The position numbers were made by a program, and so were the translations under genes. A stretch of 57,542 nt of DNA from Candidatus Anderseniibacteriota bacterium (GTDB lineage: Bacteria; Patescibacteriota; Andersenbacteria; UBA10190): positions 155,520 through 213,061 of the forward strand of contig JAIOOW010000002.1 of the NCBI GenBank assembly GCA_021414205.1. Reading direction: 5' to 3'. The notes beneath the pieces were generated by a model, which did not search any database, was not told the DNA's origin, and saw only the letters and a program-made list of their open reading frames with translations. Positions 21,135-30,663 of this stretch are shown here, piece after piece. Position 1 is the first letter of the stretch. Each line of letters begins with the position of its first letter.

Positions 21135-21476
21135 CTACGTAACAACTGCTCGGCGCACAAATGCCCGCATACTCTGAACATCTGGGTGAGCGCGAACTTT
21201 ACGCAACCCTTCAGCATAGTGCGCATCCACAGCCTGGACGCCTATTCCCAGAAGGGTTGCAACCTCGCTTGCTGAATGGACGCCATCATCAGCAAGCCCC
21301 AGCCTGTAGCCAAAGATATCCCGCTCCTCGGACTCAAGCTGCTCAATAACGCGCCCAAGACTCATCGTGAGAAACAAAAGCTGCTCGCATGGCCGAATTC
21401 GACTCAAGTCTACCATCGGCTCTTCAAAAATTTCAGAAAAAACATGATTAAACACACTCTCTTGCTTCACTGGCAT
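21135..21476 (-). CDS. Stand-alone sigma70 region-4-like protein
   Basis: LESEERDIFGYRLGLADDGVHSASEVATLLGI...AEGLRKVRAHP matches the RpoD region-4 pattern L..RE..V...RFG......TL.EVG....V....KALRKLRHP. Confidence 0.7.
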   Translation of the reverse strand: MPVKQESVFNHVFSEIFEEPMVDLSRIRPCEQLLFLTMSLGRVIEQLESEERDIFGYRLGLADDGVHSASEVATLLGIGVQAVDAHYAEGLRKVRAHPDVQSMRAFVRRAVVT

Positions 21477-21587
21477 TGGACACCCTCTCAATTCCTAAAG
21501 GACCAAATCTGGATCAGCGCTCCGCCATCCCTCTATACGTTTTCCATAGAGCAGTCTCAAAATACTGCCCTCATGCATACCTGTCAA

Positions 21588-22901
21588 CTATAAGGAAATT
21601 TTTTCGACAAGATACTTTTTCAATTCCGTAATTGCGATACGCTCTTGCTTCATTGTATCTCGATCGCGAACAGTAACCGCATTATCTTCCAAAGAGTCAT
21701 AATCAATTGTCACGCAATACGGGGTTCCGATTTCATCCTGTCTGCGATATCGCTTTCCAATTGATTGCGTCTCATCGTATTCAACAGCCATGTAGTTCGA
21801 TAATTCTTCCGTAATCTTTCTCGCCTCTTCCGTAAGCTCTTCTTTTTTCATCAACGGCAATACTGCTACTTGATACGGAGCTAAGTGCGCAGGCAGGCTT
21901 AAAACAGTTCGCATTTCTCCATCAACTTCTTCTTCCTTATACGCAGACACAAGCACGGCGAGAATTGTTCGATCAACCCCAAACGTTGGCTCGATTACAT
22001 GGGGAATATATTTTTCATTCGTTACAGGGTCCGTATACGACAAATCTTTTCCAGAACTATCCTGATGATTCTTCAAGTCAAAATCGCTTCGATACGCCAA
22101 CCCATATAATTCTCCTCGTCCAAACGGGAAGTCAAACTCAATATCAACAGTTCGCGAAGAATAATGCGCACGATCTTCTTTTAAAACTTCCAAATCATGA
22201 ATTTTCTCCAAAGTAATTCCGCAATCCACGAGCCATTCATGCATCAGCTTGAGCCAGTTTTCAAATTGCTCTTTCCAATCGCTCTCTTTGATAAAATATT
22301 CAATCTCCATCTGCTCAAATTCTCGCGTTCTAAAAATGTAATTCCCGGGAGTAATTTCATTTCGAAACGCACGGCCGATCTGCGCAATACCGAACGGAAT
22401 CTTTTTACGAGAACTTGCCTGCACCTGCGCAAAATCTACGAACATCGCCTGCGCAGTCTCTGGCCGTAAATACACTTCTGTTCCGGATTCCTGTGATGGC
22501 CCCAAGTGCGTTTTAAACATCAGGTTGAATTGCTTCGGCTCAGTAAATCCGCTCTTATCACCACATGCTTCACAGGGCTTCGTTGCATCGATTTTATCTT
22601 CGCGAAATCGCGCATGGCAATACTTACACTCAACTAACGGGTCGTGAAATGTAGCAACGTGGCCGGAAGCTTCCCACACTTTCGGATTCATGATGACAGC
22701 AGCATCAAGCCCAACAACATCTTGGCGCATTTGGACAAATTTCTTCCACCATGCTTTTTTGATATTATTTTTCAGCTCTACCCCAAGAGGGCCATAATCC
22801 CAGCTATTTGCTAAACCACCGTAAATTTCAGACCCAGCAAAAATAAACCCTCGGCGCTTTGCGAGATTCACTAACGTATCCATGCTCACTTCTTTGCCCA
22901 T
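21588..22901 (-). CDS. glyQS: Glycine--tRNA ligase (homodimeric class II type)
   Basis: SEIYGGLANSWDYGPLG, YLRPETAQ, FRNEITP, FRTREFEQME, VIEPTFGVDR. Confidence 0.98.
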   Translation of the reverse strand: MGKEVSMDTLVNLAKRRGFIFAGSEIYGGLANSWDYGPLGVELKNNIKKAWWKKFVQMRQDVVGLDAAVIMNPKVWEASGHVATFHDPLVECKYCHARFREDKIDATKPCEACGDKSGFTEPKQFNLMFKTHLGPSQESGTEVYLRPETAQAMFVDFAQVQASSRKKIPFGIAQIGRAFRNEITPGNYIFRTREFEQMEIEYFIKESDWKEQFENWLKLMHEWLVDCGITLEKIHDLEVLKEDRAHYSSRTVDIEFDFPFGRGELYGLAYRSDFDLKNHQDSSGKDLSYTDPVTNEKYIPHVIEPTFGVDRTILAVLVSAYKEEEVDGEMRTVLSLPAHLAPYQVAVLPLMKKEELTEEARKITEELSNYMAVEYDETQSIGKRYRRQDEIGTPYCVTIDYDSLEDNAVTVRDRDTMKQERIAITELKKYLVEKISL

Positions 22902-22939
22902 GAACTAAGACTATAGCAGAATAGTGCGGATGACAAAGG

Positions 22940-23356
22940 CTATCTCCACTGTTTAATGTTTTTGGCAATATCGCGCTGCTGCTGATTTTTTTCTTCTTTC
23001 AGCGCGCGCAACTCCCTATCGCGCTCACCCTGGATTTCTCTGCGTTTTTTTGCTTCGTACTGAGAAAACCATTTCTCAGCCTCTTTCGGGTCTTTATATT
23101 TTCGGTAATAACGATCACGTTCTTTTTGCAAACTTCTATTCATTTCAGTATCTTCATATCCCCATTTTTTTCGCATGCTTCTTTCTTGATGAGCATAACT
23201 TTCGGAATTCTGCTTATTTTGCCTGCGCCATTCATCCATATACGGACTGGAGCCTAATACATTACCTACAACGGATTGCCCGCGCGCAATCTTCTGCAAC
23301 TCTTCCGGACTTTTCTTCTTCGATCCTCCGCCGAATAACGCTGAATATAATCCCAT
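22940..23356 (-). CDS. Hypothetical highly charged coiled-coil protein
   Basis: K/E/R/Q-rich ORF; TATAAT lies 6 nt before the ATG at 23356. Confidence 0.7.
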   Translation of the reverse strand: MGLYSALFGGGSKKKSPEELQKIARGQSVVGNVLGSSPYMDEWRRQNKQNSESYAHQERSMRKKWGYEDTEMNRSLQKERDRYYRKYKDPKEAEKWFSQYEAKKRREIQGERDRELRALKEEKNQQQRDIAKNIKQWR

Positions 23357-23363
23357 AGCGCTA

Positions 23364-24497
23364 TTATACTCCTTCTTGTTCAATAATTCCCCGAATTTGT
23401 TTCATTAAGTTCACGTAGAATGCAACGTTTGCCATAACCGCTAGTCGCATACCCGATGGTTGCTCTGCACGCATTAAATGATGAACATATGCTTTAGAGT
23501 ATGCACGAGTAATATCAGTATCATTCGTATTAAACACGGATAAATCATCCGCGAATACCGCCTTTGTAATATCAATGGATTTGTATAATTTTTTCGGATC
23601 GATACTGTATTCCGGATCAACCAATGCTTTTTTAAGTTCCTCGATATTTAAATCCAAGAAAATTTGCCCATGGCGCGCATTACGAATCGGCAGCACGCAA
23701 TCGAATTGATCAACACCCAATCGCACCGCCTCCACAATATCTTCCGGCTTTCCATAGCCCATAAGATATCTCGGCGCATCTTCCGGTAATTGCGCCGTTG
23801 TAATGTTCACAATTTTTTTAATTTCTTTTTCTCCTTTTTCTTGCAACTCTCCGCCGATGCTATATCCAAAAAATCCGATATCGCGAAGCAGGCCAGCTGC
23901 TTTCTCTCGCAAATCAGGATACACGCCCCCTTGGACGATTCCGTATAACGCCTGCGGTGATGCGAGGCGCGCCTGCTCATCTTTGCACCGCTTTACCCAC
24001 GCCGTTGTTTTGATAATTGCTTTTTCAACCTCATCTTTGCTTGCAGAAAATGGAGTGCATACATCAAGCGGCATCACAATATCTGGCCCCAGCTTCGCCT
24101 GTACTTGCATAGTGGATTCCGGTGTAAATCGATGAACGCTTCCATCTAATGGCGCTTTAAAAGTCACCCCGTCATCATCGATTTTTACATGATCGCCTAG
24201 GCTAAATACCTGATATCCGCCAGAATCCGTCGTAATTGGCTTATCCCACTGCATAAAGCTGTGCAGCCCACCTGCTTGCTCCATCAAGTCTTCGCCGGGT
24301 CGTAAGTGCAAATGATACGTATTTGCAAGCATGATATCCACCCCAAGCTTTTCCATGTCTTCGCTCATTACTTGCCCGCGAATAGCAGCTTGAGTTGCCA
24401 CGAATTGAAAAAATGGCCCGGGAATAGTTCCGTGCGGAGTCGTAAGCTGGGATAACCGAGCCCTGCCAAGCTTCTTTAAAACTTCAAATTTGAACAT
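23364..24497 (-). CDS. tgt: tRNA-guanine transglycosylase
   Basis: ANTYHL, TDSGGYQVFSL, LDVCTP, GIVQGG, PRYLMG, GVDQFDCVLP.RNARHG. Confidence 0.95.
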   Translation of the reverse strand: MFKFEVLKKLGRARLSQLTTPHGTIPGPFFQFVATQAAIRGQVMSEDMEKLGVDIMLANTYHLHLRPGEDLMEQAGGLHSFMQWDKPITTDSGGYQVFSLGDHVKIDDDGVTFKAPLDGSVHRFTPESTMQVQAKLGPDIVMPLDVCTPFSASKDEVEKAIIKTTAWVKRCKDEQARLASPQALYGIVQGGVYPDLREKAAGLLRDIGFFGYSIGGELQEKGEKEIKKIVNITTAQLPEDAPRYLMGYGKPEDIVEAVRLGVDQFDCVLPIRNARHGQIFLDLNIEELKKALVDPEYSIDPKKLYKSIDITKAVFADDLSVFNTNDTDITRAYSKAYVHHLMRAEQPSGMRLAVMANVAFYVNLMKQIRGIIEQEGV

Positions 24498-24504
24498 TCG
24501 CCCA

Positions 24505-26469
24505 TTATTGCACATCCCCGTTCTGAGGGGAAGCCGTCCTGGTTGTAGGCATATCCGTAACTTTTACTGTTACCTGATTGCCCGTGAACGTATCTTTTCC
24601 TGAATCCGAGACGCTCTGCGCAAGCTGAACTTCTTGCCCTCTCTTATCCGCCCCCGGAGTTATGGCAACTTGAATATCCAATTCTTCTAGCGGCAGAGAC
24701 CTTCCCGTTAATCCCCGCAGTGGATCAATCGTCCATACTACCGTATTCGTCCTCTCGTTATAATCAATAGAACCGGATGATTTATAATTTTGATTCGTGT
24801 ACGTCACTCCATCCGGAAGAACAATCGTTACTTGATTATTTTGGGTATCGTTTAATGTAGAACCGACTTTTGTTCTCAGCGTATACGTTGTCTGCTGGCC
24901 AACCTGAGGAGGAAGAGGCCCTGTACTTTGAATGCCCAATCGCCCATCGTCATAGAACGCATCGGTTGCCAAAAGAATTCCTGTTTGCACGGGCATCGCA
25001 AATCGATCAGAAATGATCTGCCGAGTCTGTCCGGTAGGAGCTGGTAAATCGGGACTATCTAACGATGCCGTTGCAATAAGTTTCTGATTTTTACCGCTCG
25101 GAGGAAACTGCGCATATGGCAATATATTAAATGAATAGGTAATTTGCCCACCCTGTCCAGGTAAAATTCTCTGGAGTTCCGGAAGAGATGCAGCAGTCCA
25201 TGTAATCGTATTTGTTTTCGGATCATACGATCCCGAATGAAGCTTGAGCGCAGACACATCAAGACCCGGGCCTTCAAAATGCACTTTCATAATCGCATCC
25301 GTAAGTCCTGTAGTACCGATATTTTTATAGTTCACGGCACCATCAATACTTTGCCCCGTACTAACAATGAGCGTTCCTTGATCATTCTGATTGAACGTCT
25401 GCGTTACGGCGACTTGCGACGTCGAAATCGTAATAACGTGCGCAATATTTCGCAGCGTGTACGTTTGATTATTCTGACTCTTGTTTATAGCAATGCCGAG
25501 CGTGCGCGTATCACCGGGATTTCCCTGCACGTATAACACCGAATATAGATCAACTTGATCGAGGGGTTTTATTTTCGGAAGATTCCAATACGAATCCAGC
25601 ACAGAAAAATCCGGAGAAAATCCGCTATCTTCCGTAGCCAAATCCATCCCCGGATCAGGAGATAATTTTAATTGAGCATTTTCAATGGGCGTATCCCCTA
25701 AATTCCTAATATGAATAATGGCAGCAATGCGCTCGCCTACGGCAGCAGTCTTTGCAGCTTCAACTGAAATATCGAGCGGGATAGCAGAAAGCACCGTGCT
25801 TGCCGTTGCAGAATTGCTGATCATTTGCTTGGGAAACTTTTCTGGGCTCACGGTAATTTGCGCAGACACGCCCGCAGTCGTGCCCTGATCTCCCAATAAT
25901 TGTCCGGAAACCTCGAACGTTTCCGCTTGCCCGGCAGGCAAGCCGGATAACGCAACGGTCATATCTTTTACGCTTACCTGAGCAGACGGCGTTGATGATT
26001 GATAAATAAATCCAGAGGATGGCGTAAATAGCACATTCACTGCACCCCATGCCACATGGCTATTATTACGAACAGTAACGGTGTATTTCATAATTCCACC
26101 CGCAATAAAATTCGACGGAGCTGTAATATCAACGCCGATCTGAGAAGAACTTACTTGCTGAGTTCCTCGATACCACATCGTAAGCGCAATAGCAGACGAA
26201 AAAATAACGACGCCGATAATGCCGATACCTACCCACGTAAGTACCTGTTTTCGCTTTTTCATTTTCCCCGTCATTGCATCGACTAAATCCGGCTGGCTTT
26301 CAACCTTTGATTCTGGCAGCACCACTGGCTGTTTTGGGGTAAATAATTCCTTGCTTCGTTTTTTTAATTCTTCTGGTTCCTCGCGAGCATACAAATCCTT
26401 CCGCAACATTGAAATATTGCTATCTTCTTCCTTAGGAACTGGAACTTCTTTTTCTGGTTCTTCCGCCAT
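24505..26469 (-). CDS. Large membrane-anchored extracellular protein with tandem Ig/DUF11-like domains
   Basis: Single TM near the N-terminus followed by repeated beta-sandwich patterns (YTVTVRNN, IHIRNLG, VNYKNIG, TITW). Confidence 0.75.
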   Translation of the reverse strand: MAEEPEKEVPVPKEEDSNISMLRKDLYAREEPEELKKRSKELFTPKQPVVLPESKVESQPDLVDAMTGKMKKRKQVLTWVGIGIIGVVIFSSAIALTMWYRGTQQVSSSQIGVDITAPSNFIAGGIMKYTVTVRNNSHVAWGAVNVLFTPSSGFIYQSSTPSAQVSVKDMTVALSGLPAGQAETFEVSGQLLGDQGTTAGVSAQITVSPEKFPKQMISNSATASTVLSAIPLDISVEAAKTAAVGERIAAIIHIRNLGDTPIENAQLKLSPDPGMDLATEDSGFSPDFSVLDSYWNLPKIKPLDQVDLYSVLYVQGNPGDTRTLGIAINKSQNNQTYTLRNIAHVITISTSQVAVTQTFNQNDQGTLIVSTGQSIDGAVNYKNIGTTGLTDAIMKVHFEGPGLDVSALKLHSGSYDPKTNTITWTAASLPELQRILPGQGGQITYSFNILPYAQFPPSGKNQKLIATASLDSPDLPAPTGQTRQIISDRFAMPVQTGILLATDAFYDDGRLGIQSTGPLPPQVGQQTTYTLRTKVGSTLNDTQNNQVTIVLPDGVTYTNQNYKSSGSIDYNERTNTVVWTIDPLRGLTGRSLPLEELDIQVAITPGADKRGQEVQLAQSVSDSGKDTFTGNQVTVKVTDMPTTRTASPQNGDVQ

Positions 26470-26472
26470 GTT

Positions 26473-27096
26473 CTATGAGTATACCACTGTTCGAGCGAGC
26501 AGGTCGTTCATTACCCGAGCAACTCCGCGAGCGTCGTCTTCAGACAACGCAATGCGCGGCGCATGGTCGGGGTGCTCGGATAAGTACTTAATCACTTTCT
26601 GATTCTTATCCTGAACCGCACCCTCGCCCCATAATCTCATATCAGGCATCACTCCCGCATATTGAACAATTTGCAATGCAATTGCAGCGTCCATCACAAT
26701 TCTTTTTTCTTGCGATAGTGATGGATACAATTGCCACCCCAAAATAAGAGCATCGAATAATTCCGGAACAGCTTGATGCTCCGTAAATAATCGTTGGAAT
26801 AATGCTATATGCTTACATGCTCGAATAAATGCGTCAGGATCGTTTCGTAATGCATGAAAATAATCCTGCGTTTCCACATTCCCCATATACAACCCGTGCT
26901 TACTATCCGTAATATTCGCAAGAACTTGCGTGCACGGCTCCAAATGCCCTCCCCTGGCAGACGGAATCTTGCGTACACCCTTTGCAATAACTTTTATAAG
27001 CCCTTCTTCGCGAGTAAAAAACGCCATTAGCCTATCTGCCTCCCCGATATTTTTTCGGGAAAATACGAGTGCGGAAACGGTGCGAGAAGAAGACAT
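26473..27096 (-). CDS. recO: DNA repair protein RecO
   Basis: ALVFSRKNIGEADRLMAFFTREEGLIKVIAKGVRK..S.RGGHLEP OB-fold signature. Confidence 0.9.
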   Translation of the reverse strand: MSSSRTVSALVFSRKNIGEADRLMAFFTREEGLIKVIAKGVRKIPSARGGHLEPCTQVLANITDSKHGLYMGNVETQDYFHALRNDPDAFIRACKHIALFQRLFTEHQAVPELFDALILGWQLYPSLSQEKRIVMDAAIALQIVQYAGVMPDMRLWGEGAVQDKNQKVIKYLSEHPDHAPRIALSEDDARGVARVMNDLLARTVVYS

Positions 27097-27122
27097 AATA
27101 CCGCTTATTATACCACCGCTAT

Positions 27123-27151
27123 TGACAATAATACAGGTCTCTGCTAGGATA
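27123..27151 (+). promoter_or_regulatory. Sigma70-type promoter for a candidate ncRNA
   Basis: TTGACA, 17-nt spacer, TAGGAT with an extended TG; divergent from recO. Confidence 0.65.
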
Positions 27152-27184
27152 CCAGCAGTTAATCGCACCCTTCCATCAGTCTAG

Positions 27185-27316
27185 CCCTGCAGTGTAAGCC
27201 CGCGCTGCTAGGACGTGTACCGGGGGACTAACCGAGCAATCGCTTAGTCGCTCCGGGCATATTCGCCCCTCTTTCAATCTACTCAACCGAGCAAATTGAC
27301 TGCAGGGGTTTTATTT
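27185..27316 (+). ncRNA. Candidate structured ncRNA (possibly 6S-like)
   Basis: Closing helix CCCTGCAGT/ACTGCAGGG, an internal 12-bp helix capped by a GCAA tetraloop, a 3' T-tract and an upstream promoter; no ORF. Confidence 0.6.
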
Positions 27317-27329
27317 TTGTCAAAATAAT

Positions 27330-27357
27330 TTGACAAAAATAACAGGAAGAATATAGT
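27330..27357 (+). promoter_or_regulatory. Sigma70-type promoter overlapping an inverted repeat
   Basis: TTGACA, 16-nt spacer, TATAGT; the -35 sits in the palindrome TTTTGTCAAA-ataa-TTTGACAAAA. Confidence 0.6.
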
Positions 27358-27361
27358 GCTA

Positions 27362-27792
27362 ATTAGCACATTTACAAGTGGTGTTTGTGCTAACGAAACT
27401 TGCATTGCTGCCGCGATCAGATTCGTTGAAAAACATCACAAGGAGGATCCCTCTTGATCCAGCTGGCTTGCGACGGTTGCCCAACCGATAGAAAGGAGAG
27501 CCTATGAGGAACACGATAACTCATCACGGACACCACGGTTATGTGATGATGACGCGCGACCCTCAACCTCCCTAGCAACGACAAGAACCCTTCTGCGCAT
27601 GATCGGCAATAATGATTGAACTTCTCCAGAAACCTCAGCGGAACCACTCATCGAGTTGATCTCCCTGTTAGGAAACGCCCATATAAACGGGCCTGGACCG
27701 AACAGTCATTTATTAGTGACATGTAGCGAAGACCATTTCGCCTCGGCGCATAGATCTCGAAAGAGAAATATGCGACCGAGGTTTATTTTTTT
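27362..27792 (+). ncRNA. Candidate ~430-nt hairpin-rich transcript, with an optional 23-codon sORF at 27504-27575
   Basis: Own promoter, a series of hairpins and a plus-strand terminator; no plus-strand ORF of 60 aa or more. Confidence 0.45.
27741..27792 (+). terminator. Intrinsic terminator on the plus strand, facing ileS
   Basis: CCTCGGCGCATA...GAAA...TATGCGACCGAGG followed by TTTATTTTTTT. Confidence 0.75.
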
Positions 27793-30662
27793 ACTGCAAT
27801 AATTATCAGAACGCCGCTCAGTTTTACTTCCTCGCTCGCATCCGCATCCTCTAATACATCAACAATACTCGTCGCCTGCAAAGCGCTTGCAAGCATTTCT
27901 TTATATAAAGTCACCGCGTCAAGAATTTCTTGATTATCAGTTTGCAATCCAACTGTAATTTTATCATCAAGGGCATACCCAGCTTGCTTACGCAATCCTT
28001 GAATATATCGAATAAGATCTCGAATAATTCCTTCCTGTTTTAATTCTGGCGTTATTTCCATATCCAATTTCATTGAATCAATTGCAGAAATTTTTATTTC
28101 TTTTACGTTCACTTCTTCTTTAATCATTTCCAAATCTTCTGGGAAAAATTCTTCAGCAGATGCGGGTAATTCGAGGAGCGCAAGCGGTTGGCGCACTTTG
28201 ATTTTCGCAACGGCGCGAGCAGCAAGTGCTTCGGAAATTGTTTCTCGAACGTGTTTTGTCCGATCAATAATCACAGCATCAAATTCTTTCTCAACTGGAT
28301 ATTCGGCTAAATGCACAGACTGCTCTCCTGTTAAGTTGCGATACATTTCTTCGGCAACAAACGGCATAAATGGCGCAAGCGCTTTGCTTACTTGAACAAG
28401 AACAGTATAGAGCGTTCCGAACACTTCTTGTTCTTCCTGATCGTTTTCCGGGTGCTGCAATCGCGTCCTGGAACGTCTCACATACCAATTACTTAAGTCG
28501 TCAATATACGTAACGAATTCTCGAGATGCATAGTCGATTCGATATGCATCTGCATGCTTTGTAACATCAAAAATAAGCTTGCTTGTACGAGCAAGAATCC
28601 ATTGATCAAGAGAGCTTGCAGACTTCGCTCCACCTGCTCCAGCAACGAATCCGTGAACCTTCGCATACCGAGTAAACATGCTATACACATTCCACAACGT
28701 TAAATACACGTTGCGCTGCACTTGGCGCATGTCTTTTTCAGAAAACTTATATGGCTCGCCAAGTGCGCTGCTGGAGAGTAGATAAAATCTCAATACGTCA
28801 GCACCATATTGCTCTAGCACCGGCTCAATTTCTGGATAGTTTTTTAATTTCTTGGAAAGCTTACGCCCATCTTCTGCGAAAATAATTCCGGAACCGATTG
28901 CATTCGAAAACGCAGGCTTATCCGTACCAAGGCCAATATTTTTTCGTGTTAACCCTGTTGCAAGTACATGCAACACATAAAACCACGCACGAGTCATCTC
29001 AATACTTTCCGCAATAAAATCTGCCGGATATCCCGATTCAACCATTTCCTTGTTTTCAAACGGGTAGTGATACTGAGCATACGGCATGCTTCCAGAATCG
29101 AACCAAACATCGAGAACTTCCGGAATACGCTTCATCGTGCCAGAACATTTTTCGCACGACCATGTAATATCGTCTACGTACGGGCGATGAATGTCTTGAA
29201 CCTGCTCATCTGTTGCTCCTGATTTTTCTTGCAACTCCTTCACGCTGCCAATGCATACCCTATCTTTGCATTCCGAGCATTCCCAAATCGGCATTGGAAC
29301 GCTCCAGAACCTGTTTCGAGAAATTGCCCAATCAGGAGCGGATTCTATACCTTTTGCAAATCGCCCCTCTTTTAAGTGTTCCGGAATCCAATTAACCTGC
29401 TGATTATTTTGCAGCATCTTTCCTTTAATCTCAGACACTTTCAAGAACCAAGAATCAAGCGCCATATAAATAAGTGGCGTATCGCATCTCCAGCAGAACG
29501 GATAGCTATGCGTAATAAGCTCGCGCTTAAATAGCGCACCGTTTTTATCCAGCTCTTTTATAATATCCTTTTGCGCATCAAATAAATTCCTCCCTGCCCA
29601 CATCGGCACATCTTGATTGTAATTTCCGAGCGCATCAATATTTCGAACAATTGGCAAATCATGCTTTTTCGCAACATTAAAATCTTCTTCTCCGAATGCA
29701 GGCGCCATATGTACCAAGCCAGTACCATCTTGCGCGGACACATGGTCGCTTACGACCAGTCGAAAAGATTTACTTTTATCTTCATCACTCATGCTTGATG
29801 CAAACAGCGGTTCGTATGCATATGCCGCAAGCTCATCTACAGCAATATCGCGAACAATTTCAGCCTCATCACCAAGAACATGTGCAACGCGATCTTTTGC
29901 AAGAATATATTCTTTATCATCTTTTCTTGCGACTACATAAGAAATTTCAGAATTATATGCGACAGCGACGTTGGCGGGCAGCGTCCATGGAGTAGTTGTC
30001 CAGATAAGCAATCTTGGCTTGTCTTCTTCGGATTGCAACGCAACATACACCGACATATCTCTTGTGTCCTTATATGCCATTCCAACTTCAAAATTAGATA
30101 ACGGGGTAGCGCACCTGATGCAATACGGCGTAGAACGGAACGACTTATATATTAAATCCTGGTTCCAGATTTGCTGAAATACCCACCATTCCGATTCCAT
30201 GTAGTTGCGATCTAATGTCGAATACTCGTTTCCATAATCCGCCCATCGCCCGATCCGCTTGAGCGTATCCCGGAACATATCCACATATCGATATACCGTT
30301 TCTTTGCACTTCTGATTAAACCCTTCGATATCTGCCTCGATATCTTTCTTTGTTTTTATCTCCAATTCTTTTTCAACAATATTTTCAATCGGCAGCCCGT
30401 GCGTATCCCACCCTACTCTGCGAGGCGCATAGTATCCGTGCATTGTCTTGTATCGCAATACGGTATCTTTAATTGCCGACTGCAGCACATGCCCATAATG
30501 AGGCTTGCCCGTTGCATACGGCGGGCCATCATAAAACGTAAACTGTTTTTTATCCTTATGCTGTTCTAATGATTTCTTAAAAATCTGCTCCTCATCCCAA
30601 TACGTAAGAATATCCCGCTCTAGGGAATCGCTATCCACATGCGATGGTACTTCGCGCATCAT
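27783..30662 (-). CDS. ileS: Isoleucine--tRNA ligase, type 2 (IleRS2)
   Basis: DGPPYATGKPHYGH, GWDTHGLP, WTTTPWTLP, GTGLVHMAPAFG, DWAISRNRFW, KLSKKLKNYP. Confidence 0.98.
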   Translation of the reverse strand: MMREVPSHVDSDSLERDILTYWDEEQIFKKSLEQHKDKKQFTFYDGPPYATGKPHYGHVLQSAIKDTVLRYKTMHGYYAPRRVGWDTHGLPIENIVEKELEIKTKKDIEADIEGFNQKCKETVYRYVDMFRDTLKRIGRWADYGNEYSTLDRNYMESEWWVFQQIWNQDLIYKSFRSTPYCIRCATPLSNFEVGMAYKDTRDMSVYVALQSEEDKPRLLIWTTTPWTLPANVAVAYNSEISYVVARKDDKEYILAKDRVAHVLGDEAEIVRDIAVDELAAYAYEPLFASSMSDEDKSKSFRLVVSDHVSAQDGTGLVHMAPAFGEEDFNVAKKHDLPIVRNIDALGNYNQDVPMWAGRNLFDAQKDIIKELDKNGALFKRELITHSYPFCWRCDTPLIYMALDSWFLKVSEIKGKMLQNNQQVNWIPEHLKEGRFAKGIESAPDWAISRNRFWSVPMPIWECSECKDRVCIGSVKELQEKSGATDEQVQDIHRPYVDDITWSCEKCSGTMKRIPEVLDVWFDSGSMPYAQYHYPFENKEMVESGYPADFIAESIEMTRAWFYVLHVLATGLTRKNIGLGTDKPAFSNAIGSGIIFAEDGRKLSKKLKNYPEIEPVLEQYGADVLRFYLLSSSALGEPYKFSEKDMRQVQRNVYLTLWNVYSMFTRYAKVHGFVAGAGGAKSASSLDQWILARTSKLIFDVTKHADAYRIDYASREFVTYIDDLSNWYVRRSRTRLQHPENDQEEQEVFGTLYTVLVQVSKALAPFMPFVAEEMYRNLTGEQSVHLAEYPVEKEFDAVIIDRTKHVRETISEALAARAVAKIKVRQPLALLELPASAEEFFPEDLEMIKEEVNVKEIKISAIDSMKLDMEITPELKQEGIIRDLIRYIQGLRKQAGYALDDKITVGLQTDNQEILDAVTLYKEMLASALQATSIVDVLEDADASEEVKLSGVLIIIAVKK

Positions 30663-30663
30663 A

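Noticed and set aside
27365-27801. Plus frame interrupted only by TGA codons, suggesting genetic code 25 or readthrough
   Set aside because: TGA ends bona fide genes here (tatD, recO), and the read-through product has no start signal or motif.
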